IMG/VR virus record: IMGVR_UViG_3300050821_011467
Coordinates: 10,261 to 74,260 of that record
From: a virus
DNA length: 64,000 nt
Direction: 5' to 3' (one strand)
A model generated the notes under the pieces. It was not told where the DNA came from, did no database searches, and saw only the letters and a list, made by a program, of their open reading frames with translations. Position 1 is the stretch's first letter. Every line of letters starts with the position of its first letter. The position numbers and the translations under genes are program-made. Positions 9,400 through 19,142 of this stretch are shown piece after piece.

Positions 9400-9607
9400 G
9401 GCGCGCCAAGGTGCTGGTTTTAAAGCGAAGGTGTTTATCCCGGAAATTTATTCCCCGTCGAATAAATTGCCATATTTAATTTTTGCCTGAGCGGCTTTAT
9501 CCACAGAAATATCCACCTGTAATCTTGCGGCATGCGGCGGCCCCTGTTGCCAGTTACGTCGGGAAAGACGTAACCTTGACGGCGGCAAATACGCGGGGGG
9601 CAAATCG

Positions 9608-10177
9608 ATGAGCGAGGTGCGCGGCGAACTATCCCCAGCCCCAGCCAGCAACGTCACTCGGGAAACCTTCCTCGGGTTTGTCGAGGAGCTCGACAACGCC
9701 GACCAGATGGTCGCCGAGGCGGTCGGCAATCGCAAGGACGTCTTCAAACGCGCCGAGGGAGCCGGCCTCAAAAAAAGCGCATTGATACAGGCGCGCAAGG
9801 TGGCCCAGCAGGCAGGCGAAAAGCGCGAGCAGCACGACCGCGATTTTCGCCAATACATGCTGTGGTTTGGCAAGCCGCTGGGGTATCAGGGCGATCTGTT
9901 CGCCCCCGACGGGCCCGCGCTACGCGCCCGCCCGAGCAACGGCGAAGAGATCAGCGAGCACCAGGCCAACCAGATCGCGGCCGAGGGGCGCAAAGCCGGC
10001 GAGGCCGGGCGCAACCGCGGCAACAATCCGTGGTCCCCAGGCACGGATAGCGCCGAACGGTGGGACGCGGGCTGGCTCGAAGGCCAAGCGGCGCTCGCCG
10101 CGACGCTGGCGCCGCCTGAGACCCCGCGGCGGCGCGGCCGCCCGCCGGGCTCGCGCAACCGGCCCAAGCTATCATGA
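9608..10177 (+). CDS. GapR/DUF2312-like DNA-binding protein with C-terminal extension and AT-hook
   Basis: FVEELDNAD...RKDVFKRAEGAGLKKSAL..ARK......R...D..FRQYM..FG parallels GapR; ends RRRGRPPGSRNRPK. Confidence 0.6.
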   Translation: MSEVRGELSPAPASNVTRETFLGFVEELDNADQMVAEAVGNRKDVFKRAEGAGLKKSALIQARKVAQQAGEKREQHDRDFRQYMLWFGKPLGYQGDLFAPDGPALRARPSNGEEISEHQANQIAAEGRKAGEAGRNRGNNPWSPGTDSAERWDAGWLEGQAALAATLAPPETPRRRGRPPGSRNRPKLS

Positions 10178-10380
10178 CCACACTGGAAGAGCAGATCGCC
10201 GCGGTCCGCCGCGAGCTGGCACTGCGCGAACGCGTCTACCCGCGGTTTGTCGCCAACCGGCAAATGACCAAGGCTAAGGCCGACTACGAGCTGGAGACAA
10301 TGCGCGCGGTGTTGCGGACGTTGCTCGATGTGAGCGGTGATCGCGGCGAACCCGCCAGGGTTGCCGGTTTATTCGATTAA
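10174..10380 (+). CDS. conserved small phage protein
   Basis: TLEEQIAAVRRELALRERVYPRFV; ATGA coupling. Confidence 0.65.
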   Translation: MTTLEEQIAAVRRELALRERVYPRFVANRQMTKAKADYELETMRAVLRTLLDVSGDRGEPARVAGLFD

Positions 10381-10552
10381 AACCGGGTGAAAGTCGCATA
10401 ACCGTGTTTATGAAAAATCCGACCCGAGCATTTCTGCGGAAAAATCGAATTTCCCGCAAAGCGGGTCCGTCCGATGAATTAACCGCAATAAATTCGGATG
10501 GTACCCACTCGTAAAAATAGCATTTGGATCAACCGTCGATGAGAGGGGAGAG

Positions 10553-10810
10553 ATGGCTCAAAGCATCCAACCGGTCAGCCGCACATCACAAGGCTTGGTC
10601 GACGCGCTGTTTGATACGATCGACAAGCTCAACAGCCATCAGATCGATGCCGAGCAGGCGCGGGCGATCTCGCACACCGCTCGCACTATCGTCACCGTCG
10701 CCGCGCTCGAGCTGGATTTTCGCAAATGGGCTGCCGACGTCGAGTCGGTGCCGCTGAAATCACTAGTGATCGACAGCGGCGAGGGACCGCCCGCCGAGCC
10801 CGCAGCGTGA
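10553..10810 (+). CDS. hypothetical protein
   Basis: RBS GAGGGGAG upstream; 85 aa. Confidence 0.55.
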   Translation: MAQSIQPVSRTSQGLVDALFDTIDKLNSHQIDAEQARAISHTARTIVTVAALELDFRKWAADVESVPLKSLVIDSGEGPPAEPAA

Positions 10811-11038
10811 TTGTCACACCGCTAACCGGCGCGTGTCGCCCGCTCTATCCGGTGCATTGCCCGATCTGTGGAAAATTTCTCGGGGCGCTCTATCGCGATG
10901 GCCTGAGCCTCAGAGCGGCGGCGAGCCCATGCACTGAGCGTTGTGTGCGTCTCGCCCGCCATGCCCGAGGCCGCTCGCGCTGGCGGCAACTTCCTTTCCA
11001 CCTACGCCAGGCATGGCTTGCTGCGGGACTGCTGCAAG

Positions 11039-12109
11039 ATGAAGCGAACACCTAAGGACCGGCTGAAGCTCTATTCTCAACTTCTGCCGCAAGCGACGCT
11101 TCGCCAACGGGACGGATATGACCCGTTTTTGTGGGAGCACATCAGCCTGCTTTCAGAGGCAACTGTATTTGATTGCCGACAGATGCCGGTGGGATGGGTT
11201 CAGAACAGTGGCGACACGGCATGTGACGAGATCGTTGAAACCGGAGGACGAGTGCGATTGCCGTTCCCGGTCTGTTACTTTGAATTTTCTGCCGACTCTC
11301 CGTTCACGGCCGTACTGGCCGAGGAGGTCGAGGTCTACCCCACTTCGGCTCTGCCGCCCGGTGCGCCGCCGCTGCCGGGCAAAGCCTACGACAGCTCTTT
11401 ACATAGGATGATCGATGACCGAGCGGCTGAGATGGACGGCGAGGTGTTGTGGCGTCGCCCAGCGAGCTCTCTGGGTACCGTCGTCAGAGTGCGGTTCTAT
11501 TCGAATGTCGATTGGGCGGCGGCGGCAAAGGAGGATCCCGAGCCGTTCCGCGACATGATGTACGGCGCCCTGTTTAACGGTCTCAGCGCCGATTTTCCCA
11601 ATGGGGTAATATCTCCAGCTCATCCCGAGGGGGCGTTTTTTGTGCCGTTTGCCCATTGGGCGGTCCTCGACGCCGATGACGAGCAACAGTGCCGGTTTCT
11701 CGCCATCGCAGCGATTTTGTTGATCGGGATAGTCAGTCTGCTGACCGACAAACTGCTGATCGACAGGTTCGCGCCGGACCCGGCGCCGTGGTGGACGCGC
11801 GGGCGGCGCAAAAAGGGCAAGCCGCCGACAAACGGGGACACGCACATCCTGACCGTCAACGTGCCTGCGGTGCGCTACGCCGTCAGTCGCAGTGTCGCAA
11901 TCCGCGGCAATAGCCAAGAGTCACCGGCATTGCACTGGCGCCGCGGGCATTGGCGCGCCTATCACCGCGGCAGCGAGTTTGAGCATCAGGGCTGGGTGCG
12001 GCGCTGTTTGGTTGGCGATCCCGCCAAGGGCTTTGTGCGGCCTGCGCAATATCGGCTGACCCACGAGCCGCCGCTGCTGCACGTCATTGATGGCGGGCTA
12101 GGGCGGTAA
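11039..12109 (+). CDS. hypothetical phage protein
   Basis: Long ORF; C-terminal SPALHWRRGHWR...WVRRCLVGD motif; start uncertain (10943 possible). Confidence 0.6.
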   Translation: MKRTPKDRLKLYSQLLPQATLRQRDGYDPFLWEHISLLSEATVFDCRQMPVGWVQNSGDTACDEIVETGGRVRLPFPVCYFEFSADSPFTAVLAEEVEVYPTSALPPGAPPLPGKAYDSSLHRMIDDRAAEMDGEVLWRRPASSLGTVVRVRFYSNVDWAAAAKEDPEPFRDMMYGALFNGLSADFPNGVISPAHPEGAFFVPFAHWAVLDADDEQQCRFLAIAAILLIGIVSLLTDKLLIDRFAPDPAPWWTRGRRKKGKPPTNGDTHILTVNVPAVRYAVSRSVAIRGNSQESPALHWRRGHWRAYHRGSEFEHQGWVRRCLVGDPAKGFVRPAQYRLTHEPPLLHVIDGGLGR

Positions 12110-12508
12110 CAGAGGGGGTGACGATGATCAACCCGGTCACCGACCGGCATCCCGGTGTTTGGCCGCACGGTCTGGCTGGCGGCTTTATCCTGCTGCTGGC
12201 ACTGTCACTGTGGTGGCTGATCCTGTGGGCCGCCATTGGGATTTTCGGGTGAGGGCTAGTCGGGCAGACGTCGAAGTCGGCGTAGCGGCAATCCGAGATA
12301 GGTGCGCTGCGGCACAAAATCATGGTCGCGATGATAACGCGACTCGAACACGTAGCCACCCTGGAACTCCCGGCACCATTTGCACCGGCAAAACTGCCGC
12401 TTTTTGTCGTCGCGGTAAAAGACCCGGCGCTTGATCATGACTCGACGTATGCGCCAGCGGCGCAATAGCTCGGTGGCCGCGGCCATCTCCTCACGGGTTC
12501 CAGGGGGG

Positions 12509-12775
12509 TCAAGTCCCAAAGCCGATCGGCTCCCAATAGCGCGCCTCGTCGCCGCAATAGACCTGCTTGGTGCGCGGGTCCGTCTCCCAGGATCGTGCGG
12601 TTTGACAGTCCAGATGCCACGCCGGTCTGATTTCGCCGGTGACGCGGCTCGGCGGGCTTGCGGGCATCAGCGAGCTCGAATGCCGACATTCCCAGTCATA
12701 GACGCGCTGCATTGACAAGTCGGCAGCGCGGGTGACCGCCCAGCGGCAGTCCTTGCACAGCTTGGGTTCCGTCAT
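12509..12775 (-). CDS. Cys-rich small protein
   Basis: LCKDCRW...WECRH...DCQTAR...YCG; coupled to the upstream gene. Confidence 0.55.
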   Translation of the reverse strand: MTEPKLCKDCRWAVTRAADLSMQRVYDWECRHSSSLMPASPPSRVTGEIRPAWHLDCQTARSWETDPRTKQVYCGDEARYWEPIGFGT

Positions 12776-13047
12776 TCGCGTTCTATGCGCGCGAGGATTT
12801 CCTCGGGTTTGAGACCCTCCTCATAATCTTCCGCGATCCAGTACCAATTGTCCTGGATCCATTCGGGCAGATATTCAATTGTGAGATCGGGGGCCTCGTT
12901 ATGGTCGACGGTAGCGATGATGATATGATTGGCGAAGATGGTCCATTGGGAGGGATAGCCGCCCTGCGCGTCAAGCCGCCCACTGTCCTGGCACTCCATT
13001 ATTAGATTTGCCATCTTTTTTAATTGTTTCCAGTTGATCGAGTTCAT
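12772..13047 (-). CDS. hypothetical protein
   Basis: ATGA-coupled member of the leftward operon. Confidence 0.55.
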   Translation of the reverse strand: MNSINWKQLKKMANLIMECQDSGRLDAQGGYPSQWTIFANHIIIATVDHNEAPDLTIEYLPEWIQDNWYWIAEDYEEGLKPEEILARIERE

Positions 13048-13697
13048 AGCTGTTCGCCGGTGCCGTCGCCAGGCATGCTCGCCAGAAACTTTCTGGCATC
13101 TCGAGCCGCAGCGATTAGCTGAATATTGAGATTTCCGAGAGCGCCGACCATATTTGTCAGCGTCAGCTCAATCGAGCGTTCGATCCCGATGAATTTCATG
13201 AACTGCGCTGGGGCACGTTTCGTGATTTTCTCGTCACGCATGAGCTTGCCAATGCGACTCCAATGAACAAGTTGATTTTCCATATAAAGCCTTGTCCTCG
13301 CAGCCAAGTCGTCTGGCATCTTTTCGAGGTGCTTGGTCATCAGGCGTATCTCGTAATTGATGCCCCGTTTGTTGGATTTAATCGAAAACGGCGGCCAAAT
13401 CGTCTTGCCAAATTCCGCCGCCCGATTGATCATGGCACGAATTTCCTGGCGCTTCGCGCCCCGGCCTCGGGCAAAGATTGGGTCGACATCATTATCTGGC
13501 GGCAGCTCACCGACTTCCATGAGCCACTTGTCAAACTCCTGGATGCTAAGCAGGAATAGCTGGTCTTCAGACAATTCCGCCTCGGCAAAGCGATCAGAGA
13601 AATCTTCCATAAAGGCCTCCGCGAAGAATGCCTCCCGCGTGACCGCTGCTTCGTCAGTTTGTTCAAAGAGTTCGGGCAGGTTGTTGGATTTTGTCAT
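13044..13697 (-). CDS. hypothetical protein
   Basis: RBS AAGGAG; 217 aa. Confidence 0.65.
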   Translation of the reverse strand: MTKSNNLPELFEQTDEAAVTREAFFAEAFMEDFSDRFAEAELSEDQLFLLSIQEFDKWLMEVGELPPDNDVDPIFARGRGAKRQEIRAMINRAAEFGKTIWPPFSIKSNKRGINYEIRLMTKHLEKMPDDLAARTRLYMENQLVHWSRIGKLMRDEKITKRAPAQFMKFIGIERSIELTLTNMVGALGNLNIQLIAAARDARKFLASMPGDGTGEQL

Positions 13698-13726
13698 TTT
13701 GATGCTTCTCCTTTGCGGGTTGGGAA

Positions 13727-15376
13727 TTACTGACGGGAGATCGCCGACCGGAGCAGAGTAACCTGCCCGGGGATCTCCTTTGCGCCGCGGACATAGCCAC
13801 TTTTGGCGCGCAACCGTTCGATTTCATCGGTTGCGTGCATTTCTAGAGAACGTAGTTTTTCTTCAAAATCGTCTGGCGGGCTGGCACCCTTGTCCAGTAG
13901 ATCCATCATCTTGGCGACGGCGCCGAATACCGTAGCCGCGCCTCTTATTGCATTTGCCAACTCGACCTTGAAACTTTCACCGAGGGTACGGGCGCGGCGT
14001 TCGTCTTCGCGGGCCGCGCGCTGGTTCTGTTCCAGAAAGCCCCGGATATAAGAGCCGACGTAGTTCGCCGACAGATGTTCGAGCGCCGACCTGCCCCTAT
14101 TATCCTTTTCGAATTGCTCGCACATACGCTTAACGAGGGCCAGCTGCTCGGTGATCGGAAACCAATGCCGGTCATTCGGGTCGGTCACCAACTCACGGAA
14201 CCGGCTCAAGCAGTTATGATTGCGGAAGTATGGCACGATGCGGCTGTCGAGCAGAGGATCGGCCTGAGCCGCTTTGGCGGCTAAAGCAAAAAGTTCGGCC
14301 TCCTTTTCTTCAGCGGCTAGGCGACGCTTTTCGCGCAGCTCATTCTGCATTTTCTCGTGTTCACGTTGATCTTTGTCTTTGGCCGCTTGCTCGCGCTCGC
14401 GCTGCTCGCGTGCCACTTGTTCGCGGGTCAGTGCCGCGGCGGCTTCTTGTTCTTGTCGCTGAGCATCTTCGGCCTTGCGTTTTTGTTCCCGCGCCAATTT
14501 ATCCTGTTGTCGCCGCTGAGCATCCTGCCAAGCCCATTCGGCTGCCTCGGCGTCCCGGCGAGCGCGTTCCTGACGTTCGCGTTCTTTCCTCTCCCGCTCT
14601 AGGGCTTCGCGTTCCTGGCGCTCGGCTTCCTCTTGCTCGCGCTTGAGACGCCTCTCTTCAGCTTCACGCACCAGGGTCTCGATACGCAGCCGTTCGGTCT
14701 CCTCGATAGCACGTTCTTGCCGCACCTTTTCGGTGACCTGTTCGATGATCCGCTGATAGCCGCCATCGACCTTGAGCGTGGCGATGGAGCTGCGGATCTC
14801 GGTAGCGTCCAAACTGCCGGCGGGCGCGTATTTTAGGATCAGATCCCGACCGATCCCGTCGCCCTTGAGCAGTGTGCCGCGAGCAACCTCAAACGCCTTC
14901 TGGCTGTTGAATAACCTCTCTGCGTCGGATCTCTGGAGAATTCTCCAGAGATCCTCCAGGCTCTCAGCCCGCAGCAGAAAGTACGCCACCCTTCGGGTGA
15001 TGGCGGCGACGCTATCGAGCGAGGCGGCGGAATTGTTGACCCGTTGCGTGCCGTTCTCTACGGCCAGCATCAGGATCATCTCGTCGTCGTCGTGGGGGCC
15101 GACCTCGAGCCGGATTGTTTTGTAGCCGAGGCGCTTGGCGGCGTCCTTGCGGTGGTGACCGAAGCAGATTTCGTAACTATTCGGTTCCTTTGCCGGGCGC
15201 GCCGGCATGGCATGCCAAAGGCCGGTATCGGCGGGAACTCCGGTTTCCGAAAAGGCTTGAAGCGAAGCCATGAGCCGCGCGATCTGCGCTTCGTCTATCG
15301 GGTAGTTCGTGAAATCGCGATAGGGGTTGTCGAGCACCCGATCGATATCGGCCTCGACAATGACAGTTTTGGGCAT
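13727..15376 (-). CDS. ParB/Srx N-terminal domain protein with long coiled coil
   Basis: NPYRD...IDEAQIARLMASL...YEICFGHHRKDAAKRLG (ParB GxxR box); E/R/A-rich helix; RBS AAGGAGG. Confidence 0.75.
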   Translation of the reverse strand: MPKTVIVEADIDRVLDNPYRDFTNYPIDEAQIARLMASLQAFSETGVPADTGLWHAMPARPAKEPNSYEICFGHHRKDAAKRLGYKTIRLEVGPHDDDEMILMLAVENGTQRVNNSAASLDSVAAITRRVAYFLLRAESLEDLWRILQRSDAERLFNSQKAFEVARGTLLKGDGIGRDLILKYAPAGSLDATEIRSSIATLKVDGGYQRIIEQVTEKVRQERAIEETERLRIETLVREAEERRLKREQEEAERQEREALERERKERERQERARRDAEAAEWAWQDAQRRQQDKLAREQKRKAEDAQRQEQEAAAALTREQVAREQREREQAAKDKDQREHEKMQNELREKRRLAAEEKEAELFALAAKAAQADPLLDSRIVPYFRNHNCLSRFRELVTDPNDRHWFPITEQLALVKRMCEQFEKDNRGRSALEHLSANYVGSYIRGFLEQNQRAAREDERRARTLGESFKVELANAIRGAATVFGAVAKMMDLLDKGASPPDDFEEKLRSLEMHATDEIERLRAKSGYVRGAKEIPGQVTLLRSAISRQ

Positions 15377-15553
15377 ATTTTGCCTCCTTGATCTATAAAG
15401 CTGCTCCGGCAAAACAGCATGAGCGTTTATAGTGATGGCACTCTGTTATTTCAGATTTGGCTCGTCAAGCCGGTTTCTGCGGTTTACGCAAAATAAAAAT
15501 AATGAATTATTTGAAACTCGCGCTATGAATATTATTATTTCTCGGAGGCTACG

Positions 15554-15817
15554 ATGATCTGGCGTGACGCCGCCCGACAGTTCGGGTTACCAACCCTCTT
15601 TGTGCTGGTGTGGACGGCGGCTATTCTTGCGTGGGTGGGCGTCTTCAATGCGCTCCCACTGCCCGACAGCAAGATCAGCCGGCCCGACAGCAAGATCAGC
15701 CGGCTATGTGACGAGCAGGTGCAGCAAGTGCTGACGACAACAGACCCGGTCGAGCTGCAGCGCGCGATCTTTCTGGTCGGCTGGTTCAATTGCGCCATCG
15801 GGCGGCGGCTGCCGTGA
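15554..15817 (+). CDS. small membrane protein with a 21-bp tandem duplication
   Basis: GGAGG RBS; TM segment; PDSKISR x2 at ~15661-15704. Confidence 0.55.
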   Translation: MIWRDAARQFGLPTLFVLVWTAAILAWVGVFNALPLPDSKISRPDSKISRLCDEQVQQVLTTTDPVELQRAIFLVGWFNCAIGRRLP

Positions 15818-16251
15818 CCGCCCGCCCGTTCCGCCTGACCGCGCCCGAGCCGCTCGAGCAGACGATTCAGGAGCAGGTTTGCGCGGCTTTAGACGCTTTG
15901 CTGTTGCCGCCGGCCTTCTGGTTCAGCGCCGGGATCGGCGCCACCAAATTGACACCGCAGCAGGCCAAAGCGCTGAGCCGGAAAGGTATTAAACGCGGGC
16001 TTCCCGATTTATTCTGCGTCTACCAGGGGCTGATTTTTGGGATCGAGCTGAAGACCCGTACGGGGCGTCTTTCGAAAACACGCGTGGTGCACACCCGCCG
16101 CGGGAGCCCCCGGGTGCTGGAAGGCCAAGAGGAGGTATTTCCGCGGCTGCGGGAGGCTGGGATGACGATCGCCGTTTGCCGCTCGGTCGACGAGGCGCTG
16201 GACCAGATTGCCCGGTGGGGCATCCCGTTGCGCGGGAGGCTCGCCGCATAA
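15814..16251 (+). CDS. VRR-NUC (PD-(D/E)xK) nuclease / resolvase
   Basis: GLPDLFCV...GIELKTRTGRLS; GTGA coupling. Confidence 0.8.
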   Translation: MTARPFRLTAPEPLEQTIQEQVCAALDALLLPPAFWFSAGIGATKLTPQQAKALSRKGIKRGLPDLFCVYQGLIFGIELKTRTGRLSKTRVVHTRRGSPRVLEGQEEVFPRLREAGMTIAVCRSVDEALDQIARWGIPLRGRLAA

Positions 16252-16267
16252 ACCGCCGGCTGGGGGC

Positions 16268-17413
16268 TTAAGACATTGTGACGGCGGCGCGGCCCCGGCG
16301 CGTCAGCGCGATCAGCCCTAACACCAGCGTGGCTAGCGCACCCGACAACACCAGCACACCCTGCCAACCGACCAGCGGCAACGCCATCCCGGGGACTTGC
16401 ACGCCGATCAGGGCGCCGACATTGAAGATCGTGTTGGCCAGCGCCACCGGCCGGGCTCGCACATCCGGCGGGGTGTATTGCGTGGCCCAGACAATCGCGG
16501 TGGGCAGCGTAATCCCGTAGCCGACGGCAAAGCAGAGACCGGCGGCCAGCGCGGCACCCTGCGACAATGGCGCGACACTGGTCGCGAGCAGCACGTAAAA
16601 CCCGGCGCCGTATGCGGTCAGTGCCAGGCCGATCGCCAGCGGCGGTCCGAGCCGCTGCAACTGTTGCAGCTGCAGACGCACCGCTAACAATCCCGCGGCA
16701 AACGGTACAAAAAACCACGCGACGGGGATGTGACGCTCGGTCAATAGGATCGGCAAAAAACTGGTGGCAAATGTAACGCCCAGACCCGACACGGCGGCCG
16801 CCAGATTGGGCAGCAACAGCCGCCGATCGGTGATCAAGCTAAGGTAACCGGCGGGATTTTTGGGGGTTTCGCCGGGAATTGTCGGCAACAGCCAGGTGAG
16901 CCCCATCGCTGCGGCCAGCGGGAGCAGCGCCAGAACAAAAACCATGCTCTCGCCGGCTTGGTTCAACAACCATTCAGTCAGCGCCGGGGCATAAAAGTTG
17001 GGGACCATAAACATCAACGAGAACATGCCGATGGCCCGCCCGCGCTCGGCTTCGCCGACCACCGCTTGGGCGTATATCTGACCGGCCGGCATGATGCAGG
17101 CGGCGGCAATCCCGCGGGCGATATTGACAATCATCGCCGGCGGCAATTGATCCAGGCAAAACGGCAACGCAGCGATACCGGCGATTGCAAACAAGCCGGC
17201 CAACCGGATCACCCGCAACGGGCCATGCCGCGCGCTGAGCCAGCCGGCCACCGGGATCATCGCGATCATCGTCACGGCAGACGCCGAAAATACCGCGGCG
17301 ATTGCCGACGGCGCCATCCCGTGATTGTGCAATATCACGCCCAAGAGGATCATCAGCGAGCTTGATGAGCCCCACAAAAATCCGATCAGCAGTAGGATGG
17401 TGAAAGGTCGCAA
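16268..17413 (-). CDS. MFS transporter
   Basis: ~12 TM segments; GWLSARHGPLR motif A; ERGRAIG. Confidence 0.85.
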   Translation of the reverse strand: MRPFTILLLIGFLWGSSSSLMILLGVILHNHGMAPSAIAAVFSASAVTMIAMIPVAGWLSARHGPLRVIRLAGLFAIAGIAALPFCLDQLPPAMIVNIARGIAAACIMPAGQIYAQAVVGEAERGRAIGMFSLMFMVPNFYAPALTEWLLNQAGESMVFVLALLPLAAAMGLTWLLPTIPGETPKNPAGYLSLITDRRLLLPNLAAAVSGLGVTFATSFLPILLTERHIPVAWFFVPFAAGLLAVRLQLQQLQRLGPPLAIGLALTAYGAGFYVLLATSVAPLSQGAALAAGLCFAVGYGITLPTAIVWATQYTPPDVRARPVALANTIFNVGALIGVQVPGMALPLVGWQGVLVLSGALATLVLGLIALTRRGRAAVTMS

Positions 17414-17420
17414 GAATGCA

Positions 17421-17918
17421 TCACAGGTAGGTCACATTGCTTTCCCCATCCGGAGCAGCCATGCCTCGATCGGTGGCAATCCCCGGACAGCGCAGGCACG
17501 CCGCCTTGCCCTCCTGATTAAACCAGAGACAGCTTGGGCGGATTGAGCAGGGCGGCACCCGCACGACTACCGGGTCGAATTGTTCGATGACCCGTTTGGC
17601 CAGCGAGCAGGCATCGCCGGTCCAATGACGACAACCACCCTCTTGGCAATTCGCCGAGATCCGCACAACGGCGCGTGGACTCACCCCATCCGGTAGATTT
17701 CGCGGTACCCCAGGCAGTGGCTTGGACAAATACCTAACCCACGGCTGCTCGGGGGTGCCGCCAATGATGCCAAAAGTGCGCGCCTCAGGCCAATATTCGG
17801 GGGCTGAGGGACATTGCGGCTTTGGGGCGGGCTCTTTGGGCAGGGGTGCTTCGGGATCTTCCAGTACAGACCCGAGCGCCTCGAAGTCTATCAGATAATC
17901 CATCACTACCTCCTCCAA
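17421..17918 (-). CDS. Cys-rich conserved protein of unknown function
   Basis: CPSAP...FGIIGGT...CQEGGCRHW...CSL...PPCSIRPSCLWFNQEG.AACLRCP. Confidence 0.7.
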   Translation of the reverse strand: MEEVVMDYLIDFEALGSVLEDPEAPLPKEPAPKPQCPSAPEYWPEARTFGIIGGTPEQPWVRYLSKPLPGVPRNLPDGVSPRAVVRISANCQEGGCRHWTGDACSLAKRVIEQFDPVVVRVPPCSIRPSCLWFNQEGKAACLRCPGIATDRGMAAPDGESNVTYL

Positions 17919-17933
17919 AGAGCCCGCGAGTCT

Positions 17934-18149
17934 CTAGTTCGACGGGTGGTCTTTGGATATGGCGCCCGAGCCGCCGACGCGGATGACCTGCTGGTCGGGC
18001 TGTTGCTGCATGCGCTCGGCAACCGCTCGTTCGATCGCCTGCCGAATTAGATTAGGCACTTCGTTGTATGCGGCCACGGCGATACCGCCGGCGCTGGCCG
18101 CAGCGATGCCGATCGAAAGGTAAGCAGTGGTTTTTTTCACAATCAACAC
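17934..18149 (-). CDS. small N-terminally hydrophobic protein
   Basis: AAGGAG RBS; first gene of the three-gene leftward cassette. Confidence 0.45.
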   Translation of the reverse strand: MLIVKKTTAYLSIGIAAASAGGIAVAAYNEVPNLIRQAIERAVAERMQQQPDQQVIRVGGSGAISKDHPSN

Positions 18150-18251
18150 TCCTTGGTGTGTAGGCCCTAAATTCTTTCACAAATTTTTAAGATGTGCAAC
18201 AGGCACCTTAGGTCACGTGGCTTGCCAAGCGTTGTTGTGCTTTAATGCGGG

Positions 18252-18416
18252 ATGATGCTCAACCAACGAGTCCCGCTCAACATCGATCCCGATCAGTTGC
18301 AGGCGATCGACGAGTGGCGGCGCGTGCAGCCGGACCTGCCGTCGCGATCCGAGGCGATCAGGCGCCTGATCGATATCGCGCTAGATCGTTCGCAGCAGGC
18401 CGTGCGCCGACGTTAG
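18252..18416 (+). CDS. ribbon-helix-helix regulator (54 aa, below the ORF-track cutoff)
   Basis: Translated by hand: MMLNQRVPLNIDPDQLQAIDEWRRVQPDLPSRSEAIRRLIDIALDRSQQAVRRR. Confidence 0.75.
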   Translation: MMLNQRVPLNIDPDQLQAIDEWRRVQPDLPSRSEAIRRLIDIALDRSQQAVRRR

Positions 18417-19142
18417 CTAAGCGGTTCGACGAGCTGACGCACCAGGCGGTGGCGCAATTCGTTCTCGGCCTTGAGGCTCAGCAGCTCAGCGTCGCCCGCG
18501 CGCTGCAGCATCAGCTCGAGCTCCAGCATCTGCCAGTTGACGATGATCTCGCGGCTGCCGAGGCTGGCGCGCACCAATTCCAGCTCGACCGCATCAGCCG
18601 GCGGGCCGCCGATCAGCCCGATCAGTCGCCGCGCCGTCGGGTGATCGAGCACGCCATCGGCGATCGCCTCGTCGAGCGCAATTCCGCTCAGCACGCACAA
18701 CCGCAGCGCTACCAGAAATTGACGCAGATCGCCCGGCGGACGCAATAGACGGTAATCGTCCAGCGCGTACGAATCGGCAACCTGATGTTCGCCCGACGTT
18801 CTTGTTGCCGGGTCGGCGGCGACAGGATTATCCTGCCCGTTTAGGCGGCGCTGCAAGGAGACCGGTCCCCCCGAACCAATCAACCCAGAAATACTTCCAC
18901 ACACCAAAAACCCCCGTTGGCGCGGGGGTTGGCGATCTCGGTGAAGATCGGAAAAGCTGTAGACAGCGGCTTTTTCCCATTTTCCCGAAAAATAATCAAG
19001 CGAATTTTTCGTGACGCCTAAAGTGCGCCCGAATTTCCGCTGATTTGCTCGCCAGCCCAACAGCTTCCGGGATTTTTTATAAGGAGGCTGAACGCGTGCG
19101 ACAGGCAAATAATCCGAATATTTTTGGGCTGGCGATTCGGTT

